Shown: positions 8,223 to 18,438 of the stretch, piece after piece | Numbering within the stretch: the first letter of the stretch is position 1 | How the letters are laid out: each line of letters starts with the position of its first letter | DNA from: an uncultured Verrucomicrobiae bacterium | GTDB taxonomy: Bacteria; Chlamydiota; Chlamydiia; Chlamydiales; Rhabdochlamydiaceae | NCBI GenBank assembly: GCA_963806855.1 | Contig: CAWDYW010000001.1 | Location: 384,001-448,000 of the forward strand | DNA: 64,000 nucleotides | Reading direction: 5' to 3' | The notes under the pieces: generated by a model | The model's input: only the letters and a program-made list of their open reading frames with translations | Databases searched by the model: none | What the model was told of the DNA's origin: nothing | Program-made: the position numbers and the translations under genes

Positions 8223-10505
8223 ATGAAATATATTCGTCTTTTTGAACAGATCGGCATCCACGATGTCCCCACCGTAGGAGGGAAAAACGCCTCCTTGGGG
8301 GAGATGACTAAAAGCTTGAAAGAGGAGGGGATCCAGATCCCGATGGGATTTGCGACGACCGCCGAGGCCTTTCGGATCTTCCTCGACTACAATCAACTTC
8401 GCCCTAAAATTTTTAAGATGAAGGGGCGGGAGGCGAGGGCGGCTGTCATGAAAGGGCGATTCCCTGAAGAATTCAAGGGGGAAATCCTCGCAGCCTATCG
8501 GGAGCTGGCGAAACGATATGGGAAAAAAGAGATCGATGTGGCCGTTCGCAGCAGCGCCACAGCTGAGGATCTGCCCGACGCCAGTTTTGCTGGGCAGCAG
8601 GAGACCTACCTCAACATAGTCGGGGAAAAGGGGCTGATGATCGCCTGTAAAAAATGTTTTGCCTCCCTGTTCACCGATCGGGCGATCGTCTACCGGAATG
8701 AAAAAGGATTTGCCCATGATCAGGTGGCCCTTTCGATCGGCGTGCAAAAGATGGTCCGCTCTGATTTGGGCAGCTCGGGGGTGATGTTCACGATCGATAC
8801 CGAGACCGGTTTTCCTAGGGTCGTCGTGATCAACAGCGCCTTTGGCCTTGGTGAAAACGTCGTCCAGGGAACGATCGAGCCCGATGAGTTTATGGTCTTC
8901 AAGCCGCTGATGGCGATTATCGAAAAGAAATTGGGAGTAAAGGGACAGAAGCTCATTTACACGAAAACGGGGACCAAAAACGTCAAACTTACGCAGAAAC
9001 AGAGCCGCCGCTTTTCCCTTGATGATGAGCAGATTCTGCAACTGGCAAAATGGGCCGTTGCAATTGAAAAACACTACCAGAAACCGATGGATATCGAATG
9101 GGCTTTAGACGGGAAAACCAAAGAGCTCTTCATCGTCCAGGCCAGACCAGAGACAGTGCAGTCGCAGAAAAAAGGGTCGATCTTCAGAACCTATTCGATC
9201 AAAAAGAAGGGCAAAACCCTGCTGCAAGGGCTTGCGATTGGCGATGCGATTGTCGCAGGACAAGCCCAAGTGATCAACTCGGTCTCCATGATCAAACAAT
9301 TTAAGCCTGGCTCAATCCTGGTGACTGAAGTAACCTCGCCCGACTGGGTCCCGATCATGAAACAGGCCAGCGGCATCATCACCAATCAGGGTGGGCGCAC
9401 TTCCCATGCCGCCATCGTCAGCCGGGAACTTGGCCTGCCCGCGATTGTCGGCACGGGTGACGGAACAAAAAAACTGAAAAGTGGGCAGACGATCACCCTC
9501 TCCTGCGCAGAAGGGGAACAGGGTTTTGTCTACGAAGGGGCGGTCGATTTCGAGCAGAAAGAGATCGATGTGAGCAAACTTCCCAAAATCAAGACAGACA
9601 TCATGCTCAACTTGGCCAGCCCCGAAGAGGCGCTCCGCTGGTGGCATTTGCCAATCAAAGGCGTGGGGCTTGCCCGGATGGAGTTCATCATCACCGAGCA
9701 CATCAAAATCCACCCCATGGCGCTCGTCCAATATCGGAAAATCAAGTCGGCCAAAGTGCGGCGCGAGATCGACAACCTCACCTTCCTCTACAAAGATCGG
9801 ACAGAGCATTTCGTCGAGAATCTGGCCCTTGGGATCGCCAAAATCGCCGCATCGGTCTACCCCCATCCTGTGATCGTCCGGATGAGCGATTTCAAAACCA
9901 ACGAGTATGCCAATCTGATCGGCGGCGCCCAATTTGAACCCCACGAAGAGAACCCGATGCTCGGCTTTCGCGGCGCCTCCCGCTACTACAACCCCCGTTA
10001 CCGAGACGGCTTTGCCCTCGAATGCGCGGCTCTCAAGCGGGTCCGTCAGTGGGGCTTCACCAACGTCCTAGCGATGATCCCCTTCTGTCGCACCCTCGAA
10101 GAGGCCGACAAAGTGATCCAAGTGATGGCGGACGAGGGACTCAAAAGGGGAGAAATCCAAATCTACGTGATGTGCGAGATCCCCTCGAATGTCATCCTCG
10201 CCGAAGAGTTCGCCGATCGGTTTGATGGCTTCTCAATTGGCTCCAATGACCTGACCCAACTCGTCCTCGGCATCGACCGGGACTCAGCCGAACTGGCCCC
10301 CCTCTTCGACGAGAGGAACGAAGCAGTCAAAAAGATGATCATCCAGGTCATCAAAGTAGCCAATCGCAAAGGAGTGAAGATCGGCATCTGCGGCCAGGCC
10401 CCAAGCGATCACCCCGACTACGCTGAATTCCTAGTCAAAGCTGGCATCAACACCATCTCCCTCAACCCCGATAGCGTCATCGGCGTAATCAAACGTTTAG
10501 CCTAA
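8223..10505 (+). CDS. ppsA: Phosphoenolpyruvate synthase
   Basis: VGGKNASLGEM, AVRSSATAEDLPDASFAGQQETY, GGRTSHAAIVSRE, GFSIGSNDLTQ, GICGQAPSD. The true start is ATG 8223, not 8007. Confidence 0.97.
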   Translation: MKYIRLFEQIGIHDVPTVGGKNASLGEMTKSLKEEGIQIPMGFATTAEAFRIFLDYNQLRPKIFKMKGREARAAVMKGRFPEEFKGEILAAYRELAKRYGKKEIDVAVRSSATAEDLPDASFAGQQETYLNIVGEKGLMIACKKCFASLFTDRAIVYRNEKGFAHDQVALSIGVQKMVRSDLGSSGVMFTIDTETGFPRVVVINSAFGLGENVVQGTIEPDEFMVFKPLMAIIEKKLGVKGQKLIYTKTGTKNVKLTQKQSRRFSLDDEQILQLAKWAVAIEKHYQKPMDIEWALDGKTKELFIVQARPETVQSQKKGSIFRTYSIKKKGKTLLQGLAIGDAIVAGQAQVINSVSMIKQFKPGSILVTEVTSPDWVPIMKQASGIITNQGGRTSHAAIVSRELGLPAIVGTGDGTKKLKSGQTITLSCAEGEQGFVYEGAVDFEQKEIDVSKLPKIKTDIMLNLASPEEALRWWHLPIKGVGLARMEFIITEHIKIHPMALVQYRKIKSAKVRREIDNLTFLYKDRTEHFVENLALGIAKIAASVYPHPVIVRMSDFKTNEYANLIGGAQFEPHEENPMLGFRGASRYYNPRYRDGFALECAALKRVRQWGFTNVLAMIPFCRTLEEADKVIQVMADEGLKRGEIQIYVMCEIPSNVILAEEFADRFDGFSIGSNDLTQLVLGIDRDSAELAPLFDERNEAVKKMIIQVIKVANRKGVKIGICGQAPSDHPDYAEFLVKAGINTISLNPDSVIGVIKRLA

Positions 10506-10742
10506 ATTGTGGCAATTCCGCCGAATCGTCATTTTTTTAAGACTTTTGGCGAATTATCGCTATGCCAAATTGGAAAATGCATTTCTCGTGGTCCAAAGTC
10601 GCCATTTTTCACTGCGCTGGGTATATTTCTGTCCATTTGATCCCATTTGCGATTTTTTTTATATTGCACAAAAATGGATGGAATAGGAGAGAATGGTGGA
10701 ACTTAAAAGGGGTTTTAAGTGCCTCAAATGAAAGGGAAATAA

Positions 10743-12488
10743 ATGGTCGTGGATGAGTATCTCCCTAAATCCGCTTTGACTTTTGTATATTCAATTATAA
10801 AAAAAATCAAAAAATCAAAAATTGGATTAATAGCGGTTTTGATCTTTATTGGGCAAGGATTGTATGTTTCATTGCCCGGTTTATTAGGTCTTCTAATTGA
10901 TAAGATAATAGTGCAAAGTTCATGGCAGCTAATATGGATCCTATTATTCCCAACCACCTGGTTATTTTCGATTTTCTTTTCATCTATCGGCAAGTTTTAT
11001 ATATCTAGTATTACACAAGATGTGAGAAAGATTTCAAAAGAATTGATATTTAAACATATAATTCGATTGCCGAATAGTGTTTATATAGGTCGGGATGCAG
11101 GAGAAGTTGAGCATCTCATGCACGAGCTTTCTTTTAATGCGAGATATTTATTTAATGAAAGCTTTCCCTTTTTTTTTCGAACGATTGTAACAATATTTGT
11201 TTCAATTTTAATCGTATCTTATACCTCTGTCGAGCTCATTTTTTTATTTTTAATTTGGACTATTGCCTATATCCCCATCTCGTATCTGAGTTCAAAAAGA
11301 TCGGTGATTTTTGTAGCGGAATCATTAGTGAGTTCTGCGGATGTTAGTGCCTCAACAGTTGAAGTTATTGAAAATCATGAGCTTATACCAGCATTTGGAA
11401 CCGAGAGTTTTGAATGTAAGAGATTTGATAAGTTCCTTCAAAGGGAAAAAGACTGTTATAATAAAACTCAGAAAAAGATAGATAAAGCTGAACTATTTCA
11501 AAGGCTTTTACTGTTTTCTTTGCCGCTCGCCATTACAATATTTCTTATTTATTCTGAGAGGCTTTCTAATATGACTCCCGGGTCAATTGCGAGTATATTT
11601 TCTTTCACCCTCATTTTGGCCCATCAAGTAGGTGATTTTGGAAGAGGCATATTGGCAACAATGGAAATGGGAGAAAGAATGAAGGTTGCACTTCAAAATC
11701 TATCTTCTCCTCATCAAGCAGATCAGCAACCAAATCAAAAGGAAGTAGCAAAACCTGAACATTGGGGTATTGTTTTCAAGGATGTTAATTTCAATTATGA
11801 AAGTCAGCACACTGGAATATCAGATCTCAATCTGGAGATTAAGGAAAATGAAAAAGTGGGAATTATTGGCTATTCTGGTGCTGGCAAAACTACTTTAGTT
11901 AAATTGTTGCGAGGTTTTTATTCTGCAAATTCAGGGCGCGTTTCAATTGGAGGTTATGAAATAAATAAAATCGATCCAAAATGGTTGGCGCAAAATATTG
12001 CAGAAGTTTCTCAGACTATTCCCCTGTTCCATCGGTCTATTCGTGAAAATGTTGCTTATGGCTGCGAAATTACTGCTGATGAGGATATTTGGGAGGCTTT
12101 AAAGAAAGCACATATTGCAGAGTATGTTAAAAAGCTGCCTATGGGTCTAGATACAATAGTAGGAGTGAGGGGACAAAAATTATCTGGGGGAGAAAGGGCT
12201 AGGATAGGAATTGCTAGAGCATTGATACGGAAGGCAAAAATAATTATTTTCGATGAAGCAACTGCGGCTGTTGATTCAAAATCTGAAAGGCTTATTCAAA
12301 TGGGATTAGAGGAGGCTATGAGAGGCCGCACTTTTATCGCGATTGCGCATAGATTGTCTACTCTTCGTAAAATGGATAGAATCCTTGTAATGGACAAGGG
12401 GCAAGTAGTGGCTGATGGTTCTCATGAAGAACTCATTAATCAAAATGACCTTTATAATCAATTATGGTCCTCTCAAATTCTTATTTAG
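10743..12488 (+). CDS. ABC exporter (fused permease + ATPase), AT-rich
   Basis: N-terminal TM domain; GYSGAGKT, LSGGERAR, FDEAT, IAHRLST. Confidence 0.9.
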   Translation: MVVDEYLPKSALTFVYSIIKKIKKSKIGLIAVLIFIGQGLYVSLPGLLGLLIDKIIVQSSWQLIWILLFPTTWLFSIFFSSIGKFYISSITQDVRKISKELIFKHIIRLPNSVYIGRDAGEVEHLMHELSFNARYLFNESFPFFFRTIVTIFVSILIVSYTSVELIFLFLIWTIAYIPISYLSSKRSVIFVAESLVSSADVSASTVEVIENHELIPAFGTESFECKRFDKFLQREKDCYNKTQKKIDKAELFQRLLLFSLPLAITIFLIYSERLSNMTPGSIASIFSFTLILAHQVGDFGRGILATMEMGERMKVALQNLSSPHQADQQPNQKEVAKPEHWGIVFKDVNFNYESQHTGISDLNLEIKENEKVGIIGYSGAGKTTLVKLLRGFYSANSGRVSIGGYEINKIDPKWLAQNIAEVSQTIPLFHRSIRENVAYGCEITADEDIWEALKKAHIAEYVKKLPMGLDTIVGVRGQKLSGGERARIGIARALIRKAKIIIFDEATAAVDSKSERLIQMGLEEAMRGRTFIAIAHRLSTLRKMDRILVMDKGQVVADGSHEELINQNDLYNQLWSSQILI

Positions 12489-12517
12489 AGAAATACACAA
12501 AAAAAATGGAGATAGGT

Positions 12518-13852
12518 ATGCGCCTTTGTTTGTTCCTGCTATTTAGCACTACAGTCCTCTTTGGCGAAGCCTGGGACCATGCGACTGTCAGCGCCTATGC
12601 GGTGCACATGGGGACCGGTGAAGTGCTGATCGATGAAAATAGCGATAAGTGTTTAGTTCCCTCGTCGTGCATGAAAGTGGTGACAACCGCTGCTGCGCTT
12701 GAGATTTTGGGGCCCGAGAGCAGATTCCAGACCGATTTGGAGATCGATGGGATACTTGAGAATGGGGTGCTGAAGGGAAATTTGGTCATTCGGGGCGGTG
12801 GCGATCCATGCTTGGGGTCTGATGCGATGGGCTCATCTTGGGAAAAGCAGATCGAGCAATGGGCAACAGCTGTGTGCGAGAAGGGAATCAAGAAAATTGA
12901 GGGCAGGGTCATCGGCGATGCCTCTCGATGGGAAAAGGCCCTTGCGGCTCCAAGCTGGGAATGGGAAGATTTGGGGAACTACTATGGGGCCGGCGCTTGC
13001 GCATTGTCTTTTCATGAAAATAGCTACGCGCTCTTCTTTAAACCGGGGAAAAAGGAGGGTGACGCGGCGGCTGTGGTGAGAACGGAGCCGGCGGTTTTAA
13101 CTGTCAATTTCCAAAATGAGATCAAAACCGGGCCGATTGGTTCGGGGGATCGGGCCTGTATCTATGGTTCGGAGTTTTCTTCGTTGCAACATTTGCGAGG
13201 GACAATTCCGCTGGGAGTCAATGAATTTGCAATCAAGGGAGCCATCCCCGACCCGGCAGCTTTCTGCGCTAATTTGCTCGCTCAGGCATTGCAGAAGAGG
13301 GGAATTGTGGTGGGAAATCAGGTGATGGGAGGTGGCAAACGGGCCATTTTGCTGACTACCTATTCGCCAAGTTTGAAAGAGATTGTCCATCGGACGAACC
13401 AGAAAAGTGTCAATTTGTATGCAGAGCATCTGCTCAAAAGAATTGGAGAAGTGCTACTCAAGGATGGGTCGACCGGTAGCGGGACAAAAGCGGTGACCGA
13501 GTTCTGGCGTGCGCAAAAAGTCGATTTGGATGGGTTTAACATGGTCGATGGATCGGGACTATCGCGGAAGAATTTGATTACAACCAAGCAGTTAGTTTCC
13601 GTTTTGCTGAAAATGAAAAAGTCGGAGCATTTTCCCGTGTTCTTCGAATCGCTCCCGCAGAAAAATGAGCAGGTGAGGGCAAAGGATGGCAGCATGTCTT
13701 TGAACAGAGGCTATACTGGCTATGCGGGAGATATCGCCTTTGCCATCTTGGTCAACGGATGTACCGACTCGAAGAAGATGAAAGAGAAGATCGAACTCTT
13801 CCTCCAGGATTTAGACCGGTACGGACAGATGGCAGTGAAGGAACAGGATTGA
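12518..13852 (+). CDS. dacB: D-Ala-D-Ala carboxypeptidase/endopeptidase (PBP4, S13)
   Basis: Signal peptide from ATG 12518; PSSCMK (SxxK), GGGDP, SVN (SxN), DGSGLSR. Confidence 0.9.
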   Translation: MRLCLFLLFSTTVLFGEAWDHATVSAYAVHMGTGEVLIDENSDKCLVPSSCMKVVTTAAALEILGPESRFQTDLEIDGILENGVLKGNLVIRGGGDPCLGSDAMGSSWEKQIEQWATAVCEKGIKKIEGRVIGDASRWEKALAAPSWEWEDLGNYYGAGACALSFHENSYALFFKPGKKEGDAAAVVRTEPAVLTVNFQNEIKTGPIGSGDRACIYGSEFSSLQHLRGTIPLGVNEFAIKGAIPDPAAFCANLLAQALQKRGIVVGNQVMGGGKRAILLTTYSPSLKEIVHRTNQKSVNLYAEHLLKRIGEVLLKDGSTGSGTKAVTEFWRAQKVDLDGFNMVDGSGLSRKNLITTKQLVSVLLKMKKSEHFPVFFESLPQKNEQVRAKDGSMSLNRGYTGYAGDIAFAILVNGCTDSKKMKEKIELFLQDLDRYGQMAVKEQD

Positions 13853-13857
13853 ACTAG

Positions 13858-14283
13858 TCATTCGCAAGGGTTAAATAAACGGATTCCGGTTTGCTCAAAA
13901 TCCTTGATATTGTCCGTGACTAGGATGAGATGATGTTGGATTGCAGAGGCAGAAAGGAGTGAGTCAATAATAGGTAAAACAATCCCTTTTCGCTGGGCAT
14001 TACCACAAAGTTCTCCCCAAATAGAGGCCGTCTCTGAATTAATCTCGAGAATACGACCTTCAAATCGAGGAATGAGTTCTCCCATCAACCAATTTTCAAG
14101 AACCATCTTATGCTTGGCCTCAGGAGTCTTCGTTATACCTTTCTGGATTTCTCCTATAGTGAGCGCGCTAATAAAGTAAGATGATTCTGAATGTTTCCCA
14201 AACCAGGATTCAAGCTTCTTGTTAGGATGGGTTTTTATTTTTCTAAGTTTTGAGAGAATGCAAGTATCCAGCAAATAACTCAT
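13858..14283 (-). CDS. vapC: PIN-domain toxin
   Basis: YLLDTCILS, TIGEIQKG, DSLLSASA, LVTDNIKDF. Confidence 0.9.
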   Translation of the reverse strand: MSYLLDTCILSKLRKIKTHPNKKLESWFGKHSESSYFISALTIGEIQKGITKTPEAKHKMVLENWLMGELIPRFEGRILEINSETASIWGELCGNAQRKGIVLPIIDSLLSASAIQHHLILVTDNIKDFEQTGIRLFNPCE

Positions 14284-14588
14284 AAGTCAATGGCTCTTCC
14301 CGTATCTTTATTTCGTTCTACGTCAATATCGACATCTGGAAGGGGAGCATCCCGAAAGAAATCTAATAAAGTGTTCTTGGGCTTAGTGAGTTTTTCAAAT
14401 TCTTTTGTAGAAATAACCAGGACGACCGGATTTCCATTTTTAGTAATCGTCTGATACCCATCTTCTATGACCTCGTTGACAAGTTCTGAAAAGCGTGCTT
14501 TTGCTTCTTGCAATTGCCAAACTCTTCGAGGTCTTGGCTTCTGGATTTTTTTTATCGTTGAAGGACGTCTCTTTCTAATCTTTGACAT
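14280..14588 (-). CDS. Phd/YefM-family antitoxin
   Basis: WQLQEAKARFSELV...QTITKNG; 4-nt overlap with vapC; ATG 14588 preferred. Confidence 0.88.
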   Translation of the reverse strand: MSKIRKRRPSTIKKIQKPRPRRVWQLQEAKARFSELVNEVIEDGYQTITKNGNPVVLVISTKEFEKLTKPKNTLLDFFRDAPLPDVDIDVERNKDTGRAIDL

Positions 14589-14599
14589 ACCTATCCAAT

Positions 14600-14647
14600 C
14601 TAGTCTGACTAGTCTTATTTTAATGCGAACAGGGTTTAACAAGCAAG
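14600..14647 (-). promoter_or_regulatory. Phd-VapC promoter/operator
   Basis: Minus-strand TTGCTT-N18-TAAAAT followed by palindrome CTAGTC-t-GACTAG (14600-14612). Confidence 0.55.
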
Positions 14648-14758
14648 AATAATTCCTAGGCTATTGATTATAAGTGTATAAGGATTTATTAACCCGAGTC
14701 CCAAATGATAGGGACCGGTGGACTGAAATCTGACTGGGCGCAGCACTACCGTAATGAT

Positions 14759-15562
14759 TTAATTAATGGAAGAGCTTGCGCCGCCATCAACTCGAATATT
14801 GGCTCCATTGATATAGCCTGCAAGAGGACTAGCTAAAAAGGCGACTGTCGCAGCAACTTCTTCTGGTTTTCCAAGGCGTTTACTAGGTGAATCGGCGAAA
14901 CTTTGTATAAAATTGGCCTCGATCTCCTCCCATTTTGTTCCCCAGCCCTTTTCTTCGGCAATTTCTCTAAGGAATTTCTCTACACCGGGAGTCTTGATCG
15001 GACCTGGAGAGACCGTATTAGCTGTGACTCCAGTTCCAGTGAGTTCTTTGGCTAAACTAACCGAAATGACTGTATGGGCGCTCTTGGTGACTGCGTAATC
15101 GGGATCAGAGGCAAATGGTTGAGTCCCGACCACACTGCCAAATTGAATAAAACGGCCATATTTTTGCTTTCTCATGATAGGGAGAAATTCGAAAATCAAA
15201 CGGACTGCTGAAACAACGTTCTGGTTAAAAAGATCCAGCCAATTTTGGGGGGTCGTATTTGTCCATCCTCGTGTGGGATAGGCGCCTGCATTATTGACCA
15301 AAATGTCGATGCCACCGAGTTCCTTCAGGGTTTTTTGAGCAACTTTTTTTGCCTCTTCATCGGTCGTTAGGTCGCCTTGGATTTTTGAGACTTTCCCTCC
15401 AGTTTCTTGGATTTCACTGGCCACCCTCTCGAGTTCTTTTCCATTTCTCCCATGGATCATCACATGGACCCCTTCCTCTGCTAAACATTTGGCGATCGCC
15501 TCACCAATGCCTGAGCTACTGCCGGTCACAAGCGCTTTTTTCCCTTGAATTTGAAGGTCCAT
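14759..15562 (-). CDS. SDR family oxidoreductase
   Basis: TGSSSGIG, NNAG, YAVTK, VSPG, VDGG. Confidence 0.92.
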   Translation of the reverse strand: MDLQIQGKKALVTGSSSGIGEAIAKCLAEEGVHVMIHGRNGKELERVASEIQETGGKVSKIQGDLTTDEEAKKVAQKTLKELGGIDILVNNAGAYPTRGWTNTTPQNWLDLFNQNVVSAVRLIFEFLPIMRKQKYGRFIQFGSVVGTQPFASDPDYAVTKSAHTVISVSLAKELTGTGVTANTVSPGPIKTPGVEKFLREIAEEKGWGTKWEEIEANFIQSFADSPSKRLGKPEEVAATVAFLASPLAGYINGANIRVDGGASSSIN

Positions 15563-15648
15563 GTTTTTCTCCTCTTCAAGTATGCAATTATGTCACAAAT
15601 AATTTATTGTCAAGCTTTCTGGAGAATGGAATTGTTGTATTATTTAGC

Positions 15649-16185
15649 CTAAAGATTTAAAGATTCTTCAATTGATTTCATTTTGAATTCCAAGAATACT
15701 TTCCCCACTGCAATTTTATTTGGATCAGCGATGCCATTGCAACTTTGCACTATCGATCGATATTCATCACTTTCCTTCAACTTATCTAAAGCGGCTCCGA
15801 CGTCGTGTGGCAAATTATTCAACGGAGTTCTAATGATTTCTTCATAACCTAATGTGATATCTTGAGGCAGCTTTACCAAGTTTTTATGAAATTTTTTATG
15901 GTTATCTGTGAGGCACGCACTCACTTTCTTTAATCGAGCTAGAGTCGTTTGTAAAGCTTGGACATCCTGAACCGGCTCTTCAACCAAGGGGGGTGCCGAG
16001 GCAATTTGTGCTACTTTCCTTCCTGCAAAAGCTGCAAGAACTCCTGCTGCACCTATTGCAAGTACCGTTACTCCAATTTTTACTAAATCTGATGCCCCAT
16101 TGTCTGAGTTTCCCCTGTCAATAGGGGCGTTACCGGATGCTTTGTTACAAGCAGGTTGATTTGAATTTGTAGAATTTATACTCAT
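15649..16185 (-). CDS. Hypothetical membrane-anchored protein, candidate T3SS effector
   Basis: Ser/Asn-rich N-terminus (MSINSTNSNQP), one hydrophobic segment, helical tail; AT-rich upstream region. Confidence 0.6.
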   Translation of the reverse strand: MSINSTNSNQPACNKASGNAPIDRGNSDNGASDLVKIGVTVLAIGAAGVLAAFAGRKVAQIASAPPLVEEPVQDVQALQTTLARLKKVSACLTDNHKKFHKNLVKLPQDITLGYEEIIRTPLNNLPHDVGAALDKLKESDEYRSIVQSCNGIADPNKIAVGKVFLEFKMKSIEESLNL

Positions 16186-16282
16186 AATTATCCTTGATTA
16201 AATATATAATTAATTATATATAAAATTGTAATTATCGTCAATAGATTATTATTATCATCATAAGTTGTTGAGAATTACTTAT

Positions 16283-16993
16283 TTATTTCCCCACAATCGT
16301 GTCTAACGGGCCTGTGTAGAGGACTGAGTATCCATGCGACTGTAGGTTATGGAGACAGCGGAGATATTGATCGAAGGCCATGTGAGCATGTTCAAATATA
16401 AGGATTTTCGGTTTAATTCTTCCGAAGTCAATCGATGATAGAATTACCTCGTCATGCCCTTCTGCATCAATTTGAATCACATCAACCCGATCGAGTTGAT
16501 ACTTGTCGACGATATCTTGAAGTGTCACGCATTGCACGGGGATCGCTTTAATCTCTTTATCTGAAAGTGCTGGCTTGCATTTGAAGAGATGATTGCGGTC
16601 CAATGATCCAACCAAACTCCCCCAGGCCCCTCCCACTTCATTCACCAAATGGGGATTGTTTTTGAAAAATTCAGCTTTTTCATCGACGATGTAAAAGTCA
16701 CACACTTTCCTCGAATCGGAAATCGCTACATTTTCAAAATATAGGTTAGGCTGGTTGGCATAATTTTGTTTCAGTTTTTCAAAAATGGAAGGGACTGGTT
16801 CAATCAAAATGCCCTTCCAGCAATCTTTTAAAATAAGAGAAGATAGTGGATCTGTGGGCATTAAGCCTTCATTTGACCCCACCTGAATAAAGACAATCTC
16901 GTCACCTTCAGCTTTTTTTAATAGCTCCACATTCGGTCCCTCTTTCATCGAAGTGTATTGAGGCAAATAAATTAATACAACGATGTTAAACAA
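16283..16993 (-). CDS. FkbM family methyltransferase
   Basis: FIQVGSNEG, WKGILIEP, ENVAIS, IQIDAEGHD. Start uncertain. Confidence 0.85.
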   Translation of the reverse strand: MFNIVVLIYLPQYTSMKEGPNVELLKKAEGDEIVFIQVGSNEGLMPTDPLSSLILKDCWKGILIEPVPSIFEKLKQNYANQPNLYFENVAISDSRKVCDFYIVDEKAEFFKNNPHLVNEVGGAWGSLVGSLDRNHLFKCKPALSDKEIKAIPVQCVTLQDIVDKYQLDRVDVIQIDAEGHDEVILSSIDFGRIKPKILIFEHAHMAFDQYLRCLHNLQSHGYSVLYTGPLDTIVGK

Positions 16994-17013
16994 TGTCTTA
17001 TTTGTTTTGAAAA

Positions 17014-17127
17014 TTACCTCGCGAGTTGTTTCACAAGCCGCGGAAGTGCTTCGATGAGATAAAAAGGAATTGAGAGAACTTGGTGCTTGAAGGAAAGGGG
17101 TAATTGGGAAATGCGCACTCCAAAGGG
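17014..17127 (-). pseudogene. Remnant C-terminus of an AAA/DUF4143-type ATP-binding protein
   Basis: PFGVRISQLPLSFKHQVLSIPFYLIEALPRL* resembles the C-terminus of these proteins (from recall); no upstream gene body. Confidence 0.45.
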
Positions 17128-17193
17128 CAATTTTCTACATCTCGAGTAGATTTTACAACCCAATTTTCTACTCCTCGAGTAGATTTTCCAAGG
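17128..17193. repeat. 33-bp tandem duplication with an internal hairpin
   Basis: caattttctacatctcgagtagattttacaacc / caattttctactcctcgagtagattttccaagg; copy 2 contains TCTACTC-ctc-GAGTAGA. Confidence 0.85.
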
Positions 17194-17197
17194 CTTT

Positions 17198-18388
17198 TTA
17201 CTTAAAGTGGGAGACGACCTCGAGGCCAAGCTCGACCACAATCAGGAGCATGAGCGAGGCGAGGAAGATCTTCCCGCCGGGCACTTGCCGCCCGCCTTTG
17301 TAGCCTTTATTGTATCGGCCGACCCACGCCATGAGCGGAGGGTAGATGCCGAAGAGGATGGCGCAGCTGATTCCGCCGGCGTAGCCGAGCGCGATCAGGA
17401 AGATGTTGGTGTTGACCATCGAGATGATGAGCGGGGGGATGAAGACGAGGAGGCAGAGAAAGGCTTTGCTCATCCCTTTTTTCTTGACCTTGAGGCCATC
17501 GGCGAGGAAGTCGAGGAAGGCGAGCGCAAGGGCGATGTAGGAGGCTGTCATGGTGAAGAAGGCGAACGCTTTGCCGATGCCGACCACATAGGGGTTGTTG
17601 ACGAAGTGCTTGAGCGGGATGACGGCGTTTTGCCCTTTGAGGCCCGCATCGATGAGTCCTTCGGGGCCGTTGATCGGGATGATGCCGAGAATGAGCACTT
17701 GCCAAATGAGGTAGACGATGAGCGGGATCGAGGTTCCGAAGATGATTGACTTGCGCACTTTTTTAAAGTCCCGCTTCATGTAGGTGACGAGTGTCGGGAT
17801 GATCACTTGGTAGGTGAAGGCGGTGAAGAGGACCGGGATCGCGAGCCAGATTTTCCCCCAATGGGCATGGGTCAATTTCGAGAGATCGACATGCTTGACG
17901 GCGACGATGATGAAGAGGAAGTAGGAGATGAGGACGCCGGAAAAGATGATCATATTGAGCCGGTCGACGGTGCGGGTTCCCATGTAGATCACGGGAGAAA
18001 AGAGGACGACGTAGAGAAGGGTCGACGGAATGAGGCCGAGGGAGAGGATGTCGTGGGTGATTCCGCCGCCGCCGGCAATATGGGCGATCATCACCATCTC
18101 GAAAAGGAAAAGATAGACGAGCCAGCAGACGATTTTGCCGGGCCGGCCGAGGAGTTTTTCGGCCATGGTGATGAGGTTAGAGTCGGGCGGCATCCAGCTG
18201 CACACTTCGAGAAGGAGCAGACCGGTGCAGAGCATGAAGGCCCAGCAGGCGAGGTAGATGAGGATGGAGGGGAGAAAACCGCCAGGTCCAGTCACGACAG
18301 GAAGGGCTAACATTCCGACGCCGATTGTCGTTCCTGCGATGAGAAGGCCGCCGCCAATAACGTGGCCATGAGAGTGAAAAAGTTTCAT
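17198..18388 (-). CDS. tyrP: Aromatic amino acid (tyrosine) permease
   Basis: GGGLLIAGTTIGVGMLALP, many TM helices, GTSIPL; ATG 18388. Confidence 0.88.
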   Translation of the reverse strand: MKLFHSHGHVIGGGLLIAGTTIGVGMLALPVVTGPGGFLPSILIYLACWAFMLCTGLLLLEVCSWMPPDSNLITMAEKLLGRPGKIVCWLVYLFLFEMVMIAHIAGGGGITHDILSLGLIPSTLLYVVLFSPVIYMGTRTVDRLNMIIFSGVLISYFLFIIVAVKHVDLSKLTHAHWGKIWLAIPVLFTAFTYQVIIPTLVTYMKRDFKKVRKSIIFGTSIPLIVYLIWQVLILGIIPINGPEGLIDAGLKGQNAVIPLKHFVNNPYVVGIGKAFAFFTMTASYIALALAFLDFLADGLKVKKKGMSKAFLCLLVFIPPLIISMVNTNIFLIALGYAGGISCAILFGIYPPLMAWVGRYNKGYKGGRQVPGGKIFLASLMLLIVVELGLEVVSHFK

Positions 18389-18438
18389 GCTAGACTCCAA
18401 AAGTTAAATAGCATACTCTTAAAGTTAAAAAAGCTCAA

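Noticed and set aside
10562..10756. Small ORF as a peptide substrate of the ABC exporter
   Set aside because: No leader motif or clear RBS, and the exporter has no C39 peptidase domain.
17128..17193. 33-bp repeats as a CRISPR array
   Set aside because: Only two adjacent copies, no spacer, no cas genes.
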